Assembly (NCBI GenBank): GCA_030704615.1
Contig: CM060734.1
Span: 22,134,001 to 22,198,000, forward strand
Direction: 5' to 3'
DNA length: 64,000 bases
From: Takakia lepidozioides
Lineage: Eukaryota; Plantae; Bryophyta
The notes beneath the pieces were generated by a model. It was not told the origin of the DNA. It did no database searches and saw only the letters and a program-made list of their open reading frames with translations. The position numbers were made by a program, and so were the translations under genes. How positions within the stretch are numbered: the first letter of the stretch is position 1; every line of letters starts with the position of its first letter. Positions 42,269-55,662 of this stretch are shown here, one piece after another.

Positions 42269-43229
42269 ACTTCAGCAAAGTGTTTAGGAAATAAGACATA
42301 CAAAGATTATATAGGCTCGTTGTGCGCAACACTTCAATGCAGTGTATTGGGTTTTGTAAATTTCATAAATTGGGTTTTGAAGCCAACTTGCCAACCTCCC
42401 CCTAGGTCCAAATTTTGCACCATAATATGATCATATGAACAAGTTATGGCCTCTCAAAGTCTTAAATGGGATATTAACTGGAAGCACATAAAGAGGGGAT
42501 CTAAATCTAAGTTGATCTTCCTCAAATAGACATCTTCAGAGTTTCGCTCCTTGGCCGTTCTGGCCTGTGTTCTTACTGTTCGTCGTTCCGTCCGGTTCCA
42601 TCTACACTGGGCCACCTCTCTCTTGGAGTCCTTTCGAAGCTATGAACTAATCGCACATTAGCTCTCTGCGCTATGGCAAATCTTGCAACCAATAATAGAT
42701 GGCTCTACCAGGCCTGCATGCATAGCCAGGTCTATTTTCTACCCTGTTATCTGATCGTTGGAATCTCCAACATGGCCTCCGTGTGTTAAGCCTCATGGCA
42801 CTTGTAAGGGTTTAATTTTTTCCCTTTTTAATAAATTTTCAGGGCCTCTCATCCCTTTAAATTTAAAAAGGAAAAAGAAAAAGAAAAAGAAAAGGGCAAT
42901 GATAGGTACAGTTACCCTACAGGTAGTAAGTATTAAGGCTGGAGCTCCTAAGTAAGCAAGGGATTAGGAAGGTGGTGTGAGACGTGACTTAGTCAGCCCA
43001 CACACACAACCCTTGTTCCTTGTATGTGTCACGGTGAGAGCCTGCACTCTGCATCGTCGCACTTTGCATTCCAGGCCAGCTTGACCTACTCCCGCTGTCT
43101 TGGAGTCTGGGTGTGGAGGAATTGTGGGTGATCGGAAATTGTGGGTTGTGTCCTCCGGACTTGGATCGCAAGTGCTTGATTGAGGGGCTGAAAAACTCGC
43201 AGCATGGCGCCCCATGGCTTCTATCAAGC

Positions 43230-46200
43230 ATGAGAGACCCGGTGCGTCCTCTACCTTTCTCTATTTATACCATTTCGTTTTGCGGTTTCTGTAAGAAAAT
43301 TTCTTCTATCTCTTCCTCTGGTCCCCTCTCCTGAGTGAACGGCTTAAGTTCGTCTCTTCTCTGCTTCTTACTCTTGCATGAAATCGGCTGCATTCAGCCT
43401 TGGCTTGGAGGCACGGCCAGCTGAGATTCCTCACATTTCCCATGTTTGGTGCTGTAATTAGCACGCACTACTGATTTTGTTAGACTGAAGAGGGCCGAAA
43501 CGGTATTATATACTTCAAGCTTTATTGTTGGTAGGCACGTGGGTTGCATTCATCCCAGAAGTGGTTGCAGTTCTGGGAGGTGCTTTTCCAAAGCCTTATC
43601 GAACAGGACTGGTGTAGATCCCAAGTGCTTGTTTTGGGCGTCTGACAATTGTCTAGGAAGTTCTAAGAAAATGCTATGTGTTTGCTCGTCGTATCATTCT
43701 TCGCTTCCCTCACCTTCCACTCTGTCACCTTCAAATATTAGAAGTACTAGTTCTTCTCAATTCGTAGCATGCTTCTTTTGTCCCTTACGGTGGCACACAT
43801 CCGGTTGTCCAGAGTGAATGTGTTGGATCACTTTTTGGAATGGTGCTATTTCACCAAAGAAATTATAAGTCTTGGATTTTGCAAGGCAGAATACGTTATC
43901 TCCTCCGTTCAACTAGTGGCTCCTCCAGACTGGAAGATTCTGTCCTTTGTCGAATACGAGGTTTTGAACTGGAAGGGAGGGGCAGGTTTTTGTGTTTGGG
44001 TCCTTTACGGAAGATGAGGCCTGCTTCTTTCAGGCGCAGCCACTGGTGGATCACAGCCCTCAGTATGGGCCTCTTCTACCATCACCCCCGCATTTGAGTA
44101 CATGGCATGACTCTGCAGGTCAGAGTGAATCTGTGGTCGGACACTGGGCCTCTGCAAATGGAAAGGTGAAGACCCCCAAGGAGGATGGAAGTCATGTGGC
44201 CCATGGGAGCTGGAGTCCAGCAAGCCCTAAACATCCGCATGTGCTTGATGAATGTCAGAAAGGAGCAGTCAGCAGCTGCAATGAGATCTTCACTACTTCT
44301 GTTCCTGCAAATGGAGGTGCTGCCATTCAAGCTAGTCCCCAACAGCATCGGGGAATATCACTTAACACCAAGCAGTCACCCATACAAGATAGTGAGACTG
44401 CTGAAGAGTCTAAAGCAAATGGTTTGGAGAAAGTGCAATATCTGGAGCCAGTCAGTTCTCTAGAAGGGGCTGGAAAATATGGCACAGAAGAGCTGGCAGG
44501 TACCGCTGAGGAGGTGCCTTCAAAGCTACTCCCAAAGTCATGGGCAGCACTTGTGGGAGTCCAGGGAACCAAGGGAAGGGGCAGGACAACACAAGTGCAA
44601 GCTAGGCTAGCAGCAGGAGTTGGAAAGTCTACTGGAGGCAATGCAGGGGTGCAACCCCGGGGGCTACTCAACACTGGCAACTCCTGCTTCCTTAATGCTA
44701 CTTTGCAGGCCCTGCTCTCCTGCCCGCCTTTCTTACATCTCATTCTTGTCCTTCGCTCTCGCACTGTTCCCGAGGTTAGCTTCAACCTGTTCTTCCTGGT
44801 CTGTGCATCTTTCGTTAGCTTTAACAGGTGAAGGTGTGGATGGGAATAAATGTTTACAAAGGAAAAGGTTTGCCAGGGATGACAAAAAAGTGGGTTTGTG
44901 GAGTTGATTATTATATTGTTGTTCCTTTCTGTAGCAAGAAATCACATGGGAAAAGTGGGTCCCTGTTACGAGCATGAGTTTAGTTTAAGGAGAGCCATTG
45001 AAGGACTAGTTAAGCAGCTGAATGTGCTATGATGATGGGCCGAGAGGGGTTAACAGGATACAATTGCCGTGAATGAGTAGGCCCAGGAAGGCTCATTAAG
45101 AGAATGGAAGGAAGAGCTATAGCTTGGGAAATGGAAATGGTGTTTCGTATATTTGGTTTTAGTTCATGCTAACAGTTATGGCTGAGAGGGTGTTCATGAG
45201 AGAGAAATGAGTGAATGGGTTGTCATCAACAATATACAGGGTTTTGTAATACAGTATTCCGGGTGGAATGATCTGCATGAGTATCATGAAATTAGAAGCA
45301 ACAGGTGCAGTTAGGCAATTTGAAGGGTGATTTTGAGATATTGTTTTAGCTTATGCTAACATTGATGGCTAGTGTTTCAGAAGGGCTACCCTACGCTTCG
45401 GGCTTTTGTGGATTTTGCTGGAGAGTTTGAACTCAAGTCCGCAACAGAGCCAAAGGTCTTAAAAGTGGGGCATGAGGACGATAGGAAGACCAGTGGAGGG
45501 ATAGATGTTGGCAAACCATTTGCTCCAGGGATGTTTGACGTTGTGTTGCACAGTTTCAGTCCGGACCAGCCTGCCCGTGGCACAGGCAGGTCAAGGTACG
45601 CTCCTGAGTCAATTACCTTTGCCTCTGAAATGTCCGAATCTAGCATGGGTGGCTAGCAAGAGAGTCTGTGAGGTGGACGATTTGTTAGATGAAGGTAGCT
45701 GCAGATATGATGACTATGTTATGCCACAAGTTGCTTCCTGTCCTTGTTAGTGGAAAGAGTGGTTATTGGTATCCCTAAGCTCTCCTCCGTATGCTCAAAG
45801 TCTTTCCAATGTCTTCATTTCTTGCAGTTTCCTAGAATATTCAAGTTTGTGACAGGGACGGGTGCCAATCACTGTATTAACATTCAAGATAGGTGAGAGG
45901 ACTCCACTTTGAATCCAGTTGATGCTGGTCTTTTCCTAACAGGTCCAGTCCCTGCCTTGTATGGTACAGATCATCTGCAGGGATTGAGTAGTGCTACTAG
46001 GGGAGTGTTCTCAGGTGGGTATGGCACTAATGCATCCTGTGGGTTCATGAGATGTCACAGGCAGGAGGATGCCCAAGAATTCTTAAGCCATGTGATGGAC
46101 CTCATGCATGAGGAGCTACTGCGGCTGGAAGGGACTACTATTCTGGGCCAGCAGACAGTGGTTGTTGATGATGATGACTGGGAAACTGTGGGTCCCAAGA

Positions 46201-48326
46201 ACCGCACAGCTGTTACACGTACCCACACCTTCACCGAGTCTCCTCTCAGCGACATCTTTGGTGGTCAACTGCGCAGTGTCGTCAAGACAAAAGGTATTGC
46301 AACTGTTCTACCACTCATGTGAAGGGTGAGAACCCTTTTGAGATCTGCAAGCATCCACATTCACGAGAGTAAATGACATGGCTGCTAAGCACACAAACCA
46401 CATGATTAGCATACAGCATGTTCCTGTCAACTTGAGATCATGTACTGCATCTATTTAGTACAAAACTTAAGGGGGAGCCGACCAAGGAGCAACAGTGTCA
46501 TATTATTGATACAACTATGGTCCATGTGCCCCAAGTTCACGTCCGATTCTCGGATTCCTGAACCAATCAGAAGCATATTCAGTAACTTTGCTGGAAAGAA
46601 CAGACATGCTGTGGGGATTAGTTGTACTCATCTCTCGATGGAGGTCATGAACTTTCTTCCTTCTTTCTCCTTTCTTTCTTTGGCAAATGTAATGAGCACC
46701 TTGAGAAATTTGGCCTGTGAATATTTTGCTTTCAAAAGAAAGGTGCGAAATACTTCTGCTGAGCAGCTGTAAAACTTCTGCAAGCCAGGCAAGGCTCACT
46801 GGTTGTCATATCAACAACTTGACACTCCAACACAAGTGCACAACATTTGTGTAACATGTATTCTTAACATCCTTCTGAGTTACATACTTTCTTGTGGTAT
46901 TGCTCTATGATATTTCCTAGCATGTTCTTTTGATTGGACAGAATGGAATACCTTTGTTTACTTCATAAAGCTGCCCTTCTCTGTGTGTTCGTGTGTCCCT
47001 CACAAATGATCAAGATCTCAGTGCAAGTCATGAAAATTGGCTTTTTGTGTAGGTGGTAGCTGCTGACCAATAATTTGCAGAAACTTTTCATTAAAAACTA
47101 CAGTCCATAGAGTTGCTCCAGAGATTCTGTAAAGAGACTTCAAGGATATTTGCCCACTTGTTACTAGCTCAAAGAAATTGTGCTGCAAGCTTGTCAAGTT
47201 AGGTTGTAATTGTCAGTTCCCTGTAGTTTGCTCGTGAAATTTCCATGAAACTCCATCTGTACACTGACTCATTGCAGCTAGTATTGAAGTTAGTACATGT
47301 GTTGACATATCGACAGGTTTTGTGAAGCTCAAGTCTTTGAAAGGTGAAGACGGAAGGGCTGGGGACCTTGCAATTTGGAAATGGTGAGGCGTGGGAATGC
47401 ATGCGCAATCTTGTTGATGGATTTGTGTTATGTGAGCAGGAAACAAGGCGTCAGCAACAGTGCAGCCATTTCTTATTTTACATCTCGATATTCTTCCGGA
47501 TGCTTTACATTCGGTAGAGGATGCGCTGAAGTTCTTTGCGGCTCCTGAGTCATTGGAAGGTTACAAAGCAACCACTGGCAAGGTTATTTTTCCTTGTCTT
47601 CTTCCTCTTCTGCTGCAGTGAGAAATATCATAGTTGAGGGCTGTAAACGGTATGCTGCAACCAAGGAGGGTACTGGACTAGTAAGTTGCCTTGTTCAATT
47701 ACAGGAGTGCGTACACTCAAGGAAACCACAAGACATACTGAGTGTGCTGAATTGGGTTGTATGAGGTTTAGGGTAGCGAAGCGGTGAGTGCAAGCAAGGC
47801 AGTCAAGATACAGGCGCTCCCACGGGTGCTGCTACTCCATCTCATGCGGTTTAGTTATGGTGCTGGCAGTAGTAGCAAGCTTCATAAGCCAGTGCGGTTC
47901 CCTCTTGAACTCGGTCTTGGCCGTGAACTTCTTGTTTCCCATGCTGGTCCTGTGAGTGAGGTACGTTCATCACTTTGACCTTACGGTCAGCTATCCAATC
48001 TCTCTCCTGTTCTGGCTGGTTATTTGATGTTATTGCTAATCAACAGCCTTGGTTTTGCTTTGTTGTTTGACTGTAGGTACAGTCATGAGTGGCAGGTTGC
48101 ATGTGTAAAATTGTGAAGTTGGTGAATGCAGGCACGCAAGTATGAGCTGGTGGCAACAGTGACTCATCATGGGAAGGATCCGTCAGGGGGCCACTATACG
48201 GCTGATTGCAAGCAGAGTGATGGCTACTGGCTTCGGTTTGATGATGGGGTGGTATCAATGGTGAACTTAAGTCGCGTGCTCCATGATCAAGCCTATGTAC
48301 TCTTTTACAAGCGTGCCTCTCTTTGA
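43230..48326 (+). CDS. UBP24: Ubiquitin-specific protease, UBP24/USP10-like (peptidase C19); 7 exons
   Basis: Exons 43230-43241 (MRDP), 43986-44774 (VFVFGSFTEDE..Cys box GLLNTGNSCFLNATLQALL), 45381-45595, 46061-46293 (QEDAQEFL..SDIFGGQLRSVV), 47440-47582, 47772-47960, 48132-48326 (His box YELVATVTHHG..GGHY..WLRFDD..AYVLFY). Confidence 0.93.
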
Positions 48327-51300
48327 AGAAATGTGCACAACTTACAAGCAAGGAACTGGTGGATAGTTAGGTCATTGAGGATTCACCTAAAAGGCCATCA
48401 CCCTCCTTGAAATCTAAATAAACTGGCAGTTTGTTGCTGCAGTCATGTCAGGGTTTCATAGTTTTTCATAAGATAGTGGGTAGTGGTAGGACTGACAGGT
48501 TAGGTTGTGGTGTAGTTTAAACATCATATATTCTGGGACATTGGCGCTCTTTGGGCAGCCCGGTAGTCTGTCAAGGACATACGTGTTGAGGATTACGTTT
48601 GAAACAGGTAGTCAGGATGGCTCCTAAGGTGGGTCTTTCCAAAGAATTTGCACTGGCGTCACAGTGTCTGCAAGATGTGGAACTGACACCTTTCGCCCTT
48701 CACCAATATCTGTAGGCAAGAGGGAGGTGTCAAGCTGCTTCAATTAACAAGCAGTTGCAGCAGAAAGCTGCTTGAATTGCAGAACCAATAAACAAGGATG
48801 CGAAGAGAACACATCTCATGGGAACTCTTTGACGAGTAGTTGATGACCCCCAGTAGTCAAATTTGGACCCATGGAACCTTGTATGTCTTTCTTCCCTTCT
48901 GACTTGTGGGCATTTCCAGCTCTTGGTGATAAAAAGATTCTATTGCCAACACAGAACTCTCATTGGAAGAGACCTGGAACTACTGCCTTGTATGCTTTGT
49001 AATGGCCTTGGTTACACGGTTAGGATACAGTTGCTGGATATGACCAAGAGGAAAGAGTAGGAGAGGTGAATGAGTTTCTAACATTTTATTCGTAAATATT
49101 TGCCAATCACCTTATTATGCCCAGGCACTGCCATCAAGACAGCCAATTCCAGATCCAGGAAGGGTACTAACACCATCTTCAGAATGCATATTCCCAAAAA
49201 GAGATCTTGTTGTCTTTAAAAGTTTATGCCCGGCATTGAGAGTTATAGATGTTTGGGGAGAGATGGAGATTTTTTTTTGAGAATTGGTGGGAAGTGAAGC
49301 AATACATCCTGTTGACTCTAAAAATTTTCTGCATGTCTCCAATTTCAGACAAAATCCGCCTTCGCCTAGGTACAGACATGCTCAAGAGTCTTCAAGGATC
49401 TGTTTGTAGAAACTGTGTGAAGTGTGAACCTTTCCTTTCCTCACCAACAATGAAGAATGCCAAGGAGGGATTCTATAACTGTGCTTTATAAAACTCAAAG
49501 ATGAAAAATTCATGTGCAATTGGGCAGGCCATCATCATGTTTGAAAGTGTGCATGCTTGATTGGTTCTCCAAGCGTGGTCTCGTTAGCAGGGTTGCTTGT
49601 TGCGCCTGTCACAACGCATTTGAAAGGTAAAAAAAAGGACAAGTAAAAAACTGCCTGTCAAAAGAAAGGCGATGACAAAAAAATGCCCGTCACAGTGAAA
49701 AGCAAAATAAATTACAAAAGAAAGGTACACATTACTGGTAATTATCAGTAATCTTACTAGTAAGTCCAGCTGGAGTCTGGGGGAGGCTGCCCTTCTTTTT
49801 CTTTCAAACTCTAAACCTATCCCTCTTTCCTGTACGTCTTCAAGCACGCTCTCCCATGGCTCTCAAACTTGAGTATTCCAATAGTGGTACGCTGGTACAT
49901 GCTGAGACCTGATCTTCGATAGTGATCTAATGCTGGTTGATCTTGAAATTTGGATTAACCAGTGTTTTCTTTTTCATTTTTCCAAAATTGCAAGCTGGGC
50001 CACATGAGAATTCTACCTGTGGCCAGAATAACGAGGTGGCAGATTAGAAAAGTGGCTATATACCAGGTGGCACGTTTTTACTGGTCCATGTTGGCAATAT
50101 CAGGCTCTTGATATTAACTAGTAGCGCTTTTTAGCAATTTTTTTGGATTTTACCCCCATAATTTCTTTGTACAAATAGTTGACCCATTTTCCAAGTCAAC
50201 AATTTTTCGCCAAAAGAAAAACAAGACAGGCTGAAAGTAATACAAGTAAGAGCTGAGTTGCTTGAGTTTGTAGAAACCTTAAGGCATGAATGAGAAAACA
50301 AATCACTGTTTGAGGAGTGGCATACTAAATGGTGGCGGTGTCACAAAAAGGGTAGGCCAACCTGTCAAAAAACCCAGCCGCTGAGTGCACTGAATATTAT
50401 AACATGCATATGGAAACTTTTGCCTAAGCATTTATAACCATTTTTAGTGCACTGTTTTTCTTTCCAGCCACAAAGACTAATGTTGAATGTGACAGAGCAC
50501 TAATACAAATAGAAACAAAACCATCTTCCCCCATCTCTAGGCTACGCGCATTGATACCTGAACGGCGATACCAACAACAGAGTTCCAGCGAAAAAAACAA
50601 GTAACAACATCAACAATGGTGAGCCGAGACCAGTCGGCTAGGGTATCGGCCTCCCCGAAATCCTAATCATACCCTACAGGTAGGTTACTCGACACATTTC
50701 CTTCCTATCTGGAACCAGCTGGTAGGGGCTTCCATTCCCGGGTGCATAACCTGGTTGATACCCGTATTTTTGTACATATCAGACCAACACTGGTATAAAC
50801 TACACTAGATCTGGAACAGGCCCTGTAAATACTTGTATGAAATTGAGGAAAGAGCATCCAATCATGATAGCCCAATACAATCCTTTATGGCTTTCCAGGA
50901 GTACTCACTCTCTTAAACTTATGACCATTGATTTGCACTGCACATCACGAAGTCCATTATGGAGCTGCTTGTATGCGGCAGCTCTGAGAACTAACATGCA
51001 CATTGCGAGCCTTGGAAGCATCAAGTGAGATTCAAGAGCAGATTTGAATTCTGTGCTGCAGAGACACAGTGGCCGAAGTGGCCGAAGCAATGAGCTATGG
51101 ATGGAGGGCTGCAGTGTGACAGTGGAGAAAGAGCATGTACCCACAGGAGAGAAGATTGTACTCTGTACAGCACGGGGATAAAAGCGTGGGCTCTGCTCCG
51201 TAAATGAGCACGGAACGGAAGATACGCCGTTCAACGGATACTCGTCGACCCCCCTTGCCCATTCAGCACCGTGTTTCATTTCCGACCCCAGAGCGCGTCC

Positions 51301-53604
51301 AGAGTGTGAAAGAATGCAAGCAGGTGTTGTGCTTTGTGCCATGGCAGAGTGTGAAAAGAGTGTAATGAAGGAAATGAAGAAGATGGGGAGAAGCAAAGCT
51401 GCAGACCGACAAACACAGCGCCAAAACAGTACCGCCCTTCCCCACTAAATTGACTTGCCCCCCCACCGTACTCACGCGTGTCTCGTGCAGCCTCCCATTA
51501 CTCCATCGCTTACCTGCACCCCCCTCCTCCCCATTCAGACTCACGTTCCTAATAGGTCTTGCTAAACCTGCTTTGTTAGGAGTTATTCTGTAGCTCTAGT
51601 TCAGCTTGGCAGGTAAACTGCTGTCTGTAGGTCTGTAGTGTCACACATTGTTTGCACATGTTAGGAGCTTTTGTACATGTGTATATCCTTGTAAGTAGAA
51701 TTCTCGGATACCAGCGTACAATTAGAGAAGATACAATGTAGCAAATGAGTCAATCGGGCCATTGGCCAATTGTGTACAACAAGCTTGAAATGGTCACACT
51801 ACAAATCCCAAGACCTCCATGCTAACGCATCGAGCAAATGGATGGCAGGTACTTCAAGATTCCCAATGCCTAACCTAGAGTGCAGACACCTTCAATCCAC
51901 ATCAATACGTTCTGACATCCTGTAATCTTCTGGGTGTATATCGGTGAGCTGTATTTCTCATTAACTTAGTTCCATGCAGGATTGTGTTTATGAAGCTTAT
52001 AGCAAGGACCAACATTCCCACCTTCCCCCCACGTGTTGGGTAGTGTGATGAGGCCAGTGCGCATTAACTGCTCTCAATCATCACATTGGTCTGGCACTGC
52101 AGAACTACTCATCACTTTGAATGTATGTAGCTACCGAGCTAGTCCTGCTTCTTTATCTTCTCTAGGCTCTGGAGGAATTTGGAGCTCGAATCCTTTTGAA
52201 TTTGTTGTAGAATAATGGTTCTCATACTTGGATTCATGGTACCCATTACAAATAAATTTACGGGTATAATTCTGATGAAAGGAGTTTGGAGGAGATTCTT
52301 GTTCCGACAAAAACATATACAAGCCTATGTAGTAGGCTGACTGACAATCGAATAAGTGTTGCTTATTATGGTCGGCATCTGCCAACACAGCACTGCCCTG
52401 ACCAAGCTTTGGGGTAGATACATACTAACCTACTGGAAGACTAAAAAATGACGAGAAACTGCGACGGCCACCCACAGTGTACCAGCCCTTGATAGCCAGG
52501 CCACACATACCATTTGCCTCCGTTGGCAGGACGCACGTCGAAGAACGGCGTCTTCCCAACGTTGCGCTATGACTAACAAAACCCTAATATCTACCAACCA
52601 ACCATACAGACCATGTCACCTTTTACGGGTAGCCGTCGCTACACACACACAACGTCAGGGAAACCAGTACATTATTAGGCAGAGCACACATCTTCAGTTG
52701 ATTAGTGAGGATTGTCAATTAGTGAGTACGGTTAGTCAGCCGCAATATCAGATATGTCGCTCCACCAAAGGCCATGTGAGATTCTACACATGGGTTGGGG
52801 ACCTTTCAGTCTTGTTGTCCCAATTGGTTGTGCTACAACAGAGATTTTCAAGCTCTTGTGACAGTACAGACAACTTGAATATACATTTTTAATGTTGCTC
52901 TAACTTTGGGTTGTTTATGAAGTTCGGATTTCATTACTGCTCAGTTAGTCTGTTGGGTCTCGGGAGTCGGGACACTTGGATTTTGTTACAAAGACAGATT
53001 TTCAAATTTGTTGGGACTGGGAAGGGAGGATTGGCAACGCCTGCAACAAGGCAGATGCAGAAGCATCAAGGGTCCAAGGGGGGAAAGGCGAACAAGGTGA
53101 CATGTGGCAGGGGGTATATAATAAGGAAGGACATTGTTGGAACACGAGCACTCCTGTCACCCCCATTTCTGCATCAACAGCTGCACTGGTGACTGCTGCT
53201 GCAGCTTGCTCATCCAAAAGGTATAATTTGAAGCAAGTTTGCCCAATGGCAGGTCGTGCAGAGCGGCGGGATTTACAGACCGCCTTTTCCCCCGAAAAGC
53301 TTTCTCTATTCAGCATGAACTCTTCATCAGTTGTGTCGAAAATGGACCTGCTGGTGATGCCAGCTTGAGGCTGGTGACAACAATGTAACGTATACCTACA
53401 TCAACACTTCCGCACCTACCCTTGACCGCACCATAAGTTTTCCCATGTGCGGCTCAAGGGTGATAGCTGGTTGCTATTGACCAAGCCCTTGGCCCCAAGA
53501 CCCCTCTGTCTAGAATTTGCCATACCGAGCTTTATAAGCTTCCATCCTACCCATCATTGGAGAAATCTGGCTGAATATTCCATATGCCGGGACTTGAGCT
53601 TGAC

Positions 53605-53760
53605 ATTTCATGTAAGTAAAAAAAAGCAACCATCCTTCAGGTCGTCTGTGGAAGAGATTTTTCAATACTTACAAAAGTGGGTTCTCATTTCATGTAAGAA
53701 AAGAAAGCAACCATCCTTCAGGTGGTCTGTGGAAGACAAAATTTTCAATACAAAAGTGAG
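53605..53760. repeat. ~80-bp tandem duplication
   Basis: atttcatgtaag..aagcaaccatccttcaggt(c/g)gtctgtggaaga..ttttcaatac occurs twice. Confidence 0.8.
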
Positions 53761-54114
53761 TCCGTGAACAAAGTAACGGGGCACACAGGCCAGCTCAAAC
53801 AGTTGTAGCATTCCTTTTTAGTATAATGCAGCCCACCCACTGTCCTTGCTAAAATGTTATCAACCTACAACATGTACCTTTCCTTCTTGAAAGGGAAGGG
53901 AGACACTTTTGTGGCCTGGCATTTGTTGGCATCTTTCGCCATGAATAAAGCGGCCCTTGGACCCTACTACGGACAACAAAACCACAGAAAGGTGGCCTTT
54001 GTCCATGGCCGCAGATCAGAGAACGGGTCTTCAATCTCGGCTCAGAATTTTGTGTGGCCTCGTCGTTATGAGGCTGGTCAGACGACTGTCAGGCCGTCTC
54101 ATTAATATAGGAGC

Positions 54115-54287
54115 AAACTACCTTCATGCGTCAAGGACTTCGAATTTTTTTGACATATGAATTTTACAACTACCTCCATGCAGGTAGTTTTAGGATTTTC
54201 TACATGAAGGTAGTTGCAAAACCAGGCTGAACTAACTTACCTGCATGAGAGTAGTTGCATAGCACCTCCATGGAGGTAGTTACAGTA
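54115..54287. repeat. Short element made of direct and inverted actacctccatg / catggaggtagt units (MITE-like foldback)
   Basis: The motif and its reverse complement occur repeatedly within ~170 bp. Confidence 0.55.
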
Positions 54288-55662
54288 TACGCCAACCACC
54301 GGAAACACGTTCAAGGACTGGGTACCCGAGAACTGCATAGCCACATTGCCATCGACCTACCACCAGACCACAACCTCCGCCGTGATAACTATCTGACGTT
54401 TTTTTCGATATATAAGAGAAACAGGGGAATAGGGATCCTTTTAATGTAGCGGGCCCGCTGTCACGTCCCTGTCCCCTCTGCACCGTGCGGCCTCATTACG
54501 ACGAGGCCACACAAAATTCTGAGGCGTCAATCACCAAACAACACTGTTCGCATGTACTGCGCTGTATCCATTCCTAGGATATATATCAACGCTCTCGACC
54601 GCCAATATCCAAATTTCCGTGTTGACGCATGCTTCGAAGGTTTCAAGTTTCAATAAGAAAGGCTACCCATATGAGATTCCTGCCGAGGCCCTAAACCTTC
54701 ACCACCTCCGACTCGCTTTTGACCTGGCTCTTATCGTCAACGTTGCAAACAATCAAAGGCCGTACCCAGGGTGTGCTGTGTGCTCATAACAATTAATTCA
54801 ACTTTGTCAAATCGTGCCCAGTCAGATAGGGCATGGGCACTTTGACTTATTGACCACCACGGATTTGAATTGAAGTCCCACGAGCCCTGGTGGGGTCACA
54901 GCTCGGCTGGAAATTGCGTGTATGTTGAAGTGGAAGTGAAGGATCGAGAGAGCTCCGAAGGAGCCCGTTCAGCAGGGCTAGAAAGCTCACGGGATCAAGA
55001 GCAACCCAAAAAGCTTGGATGATTGGGTCTTCGGATAGGTAGCTGTCTGTAGAGTATACGAGAGAACTACACGAAGAACAGCGAGCACGCGCAGAACGAA
55101 AGAGACGGTGACTGATGTGGCCGGTCTACCAACGGGTGCGTGCCAATGCTGCACCCGTCGCCTGTCGTCCGGTAGTCCTTCCACCGGCACGTCTCGGTCC
55201 TCGCGTCCGTCAAAGGTTCATGCGTCAGGCTGCACTCCGTTCGCCCATCGGGCGTCGTCATTCATCTATGGGGATCGTCAGTCGTCGCCGTGGATTTCAT
55301 CCATTCTTAAGCGGTGCGACTCACAACAATGAGGATCGATGGATGAAAACGGCGAAGGGTTCACAGACCGGAAGTTTCCGGGGAGGTGGCAGGGCAACGG
55401 TTTGGCACAGAGGTCAGACCGGGTACAGGCGGTCAGTCGCCGGTCAGAAGTCTTCACCTTCTAAAGTCGAGTCTTCTCACCCCCTTCACTTTCTCTCCAC
55501 TCAACTCCTCAGCTCCACTTCCTTCCACTTTCCCCGCTCGCTTTTGGATCTTTTCAAACCCTCTGTCCACCTGTCTGCTTCCACTGTGCCATTCCGGTCA
55601 TATCGCTAATTGTCAATTTGTTGGAGTCTTCACACAGTATTCGACTTTGAAGGTGTGAAGAG

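Noticed and set aside
51110-51215. miR156/535-like string tgacagtggagaaagagcat
   Set aside because: Too many mismatches to the known mature sequences, and no convincing fold-back partner.
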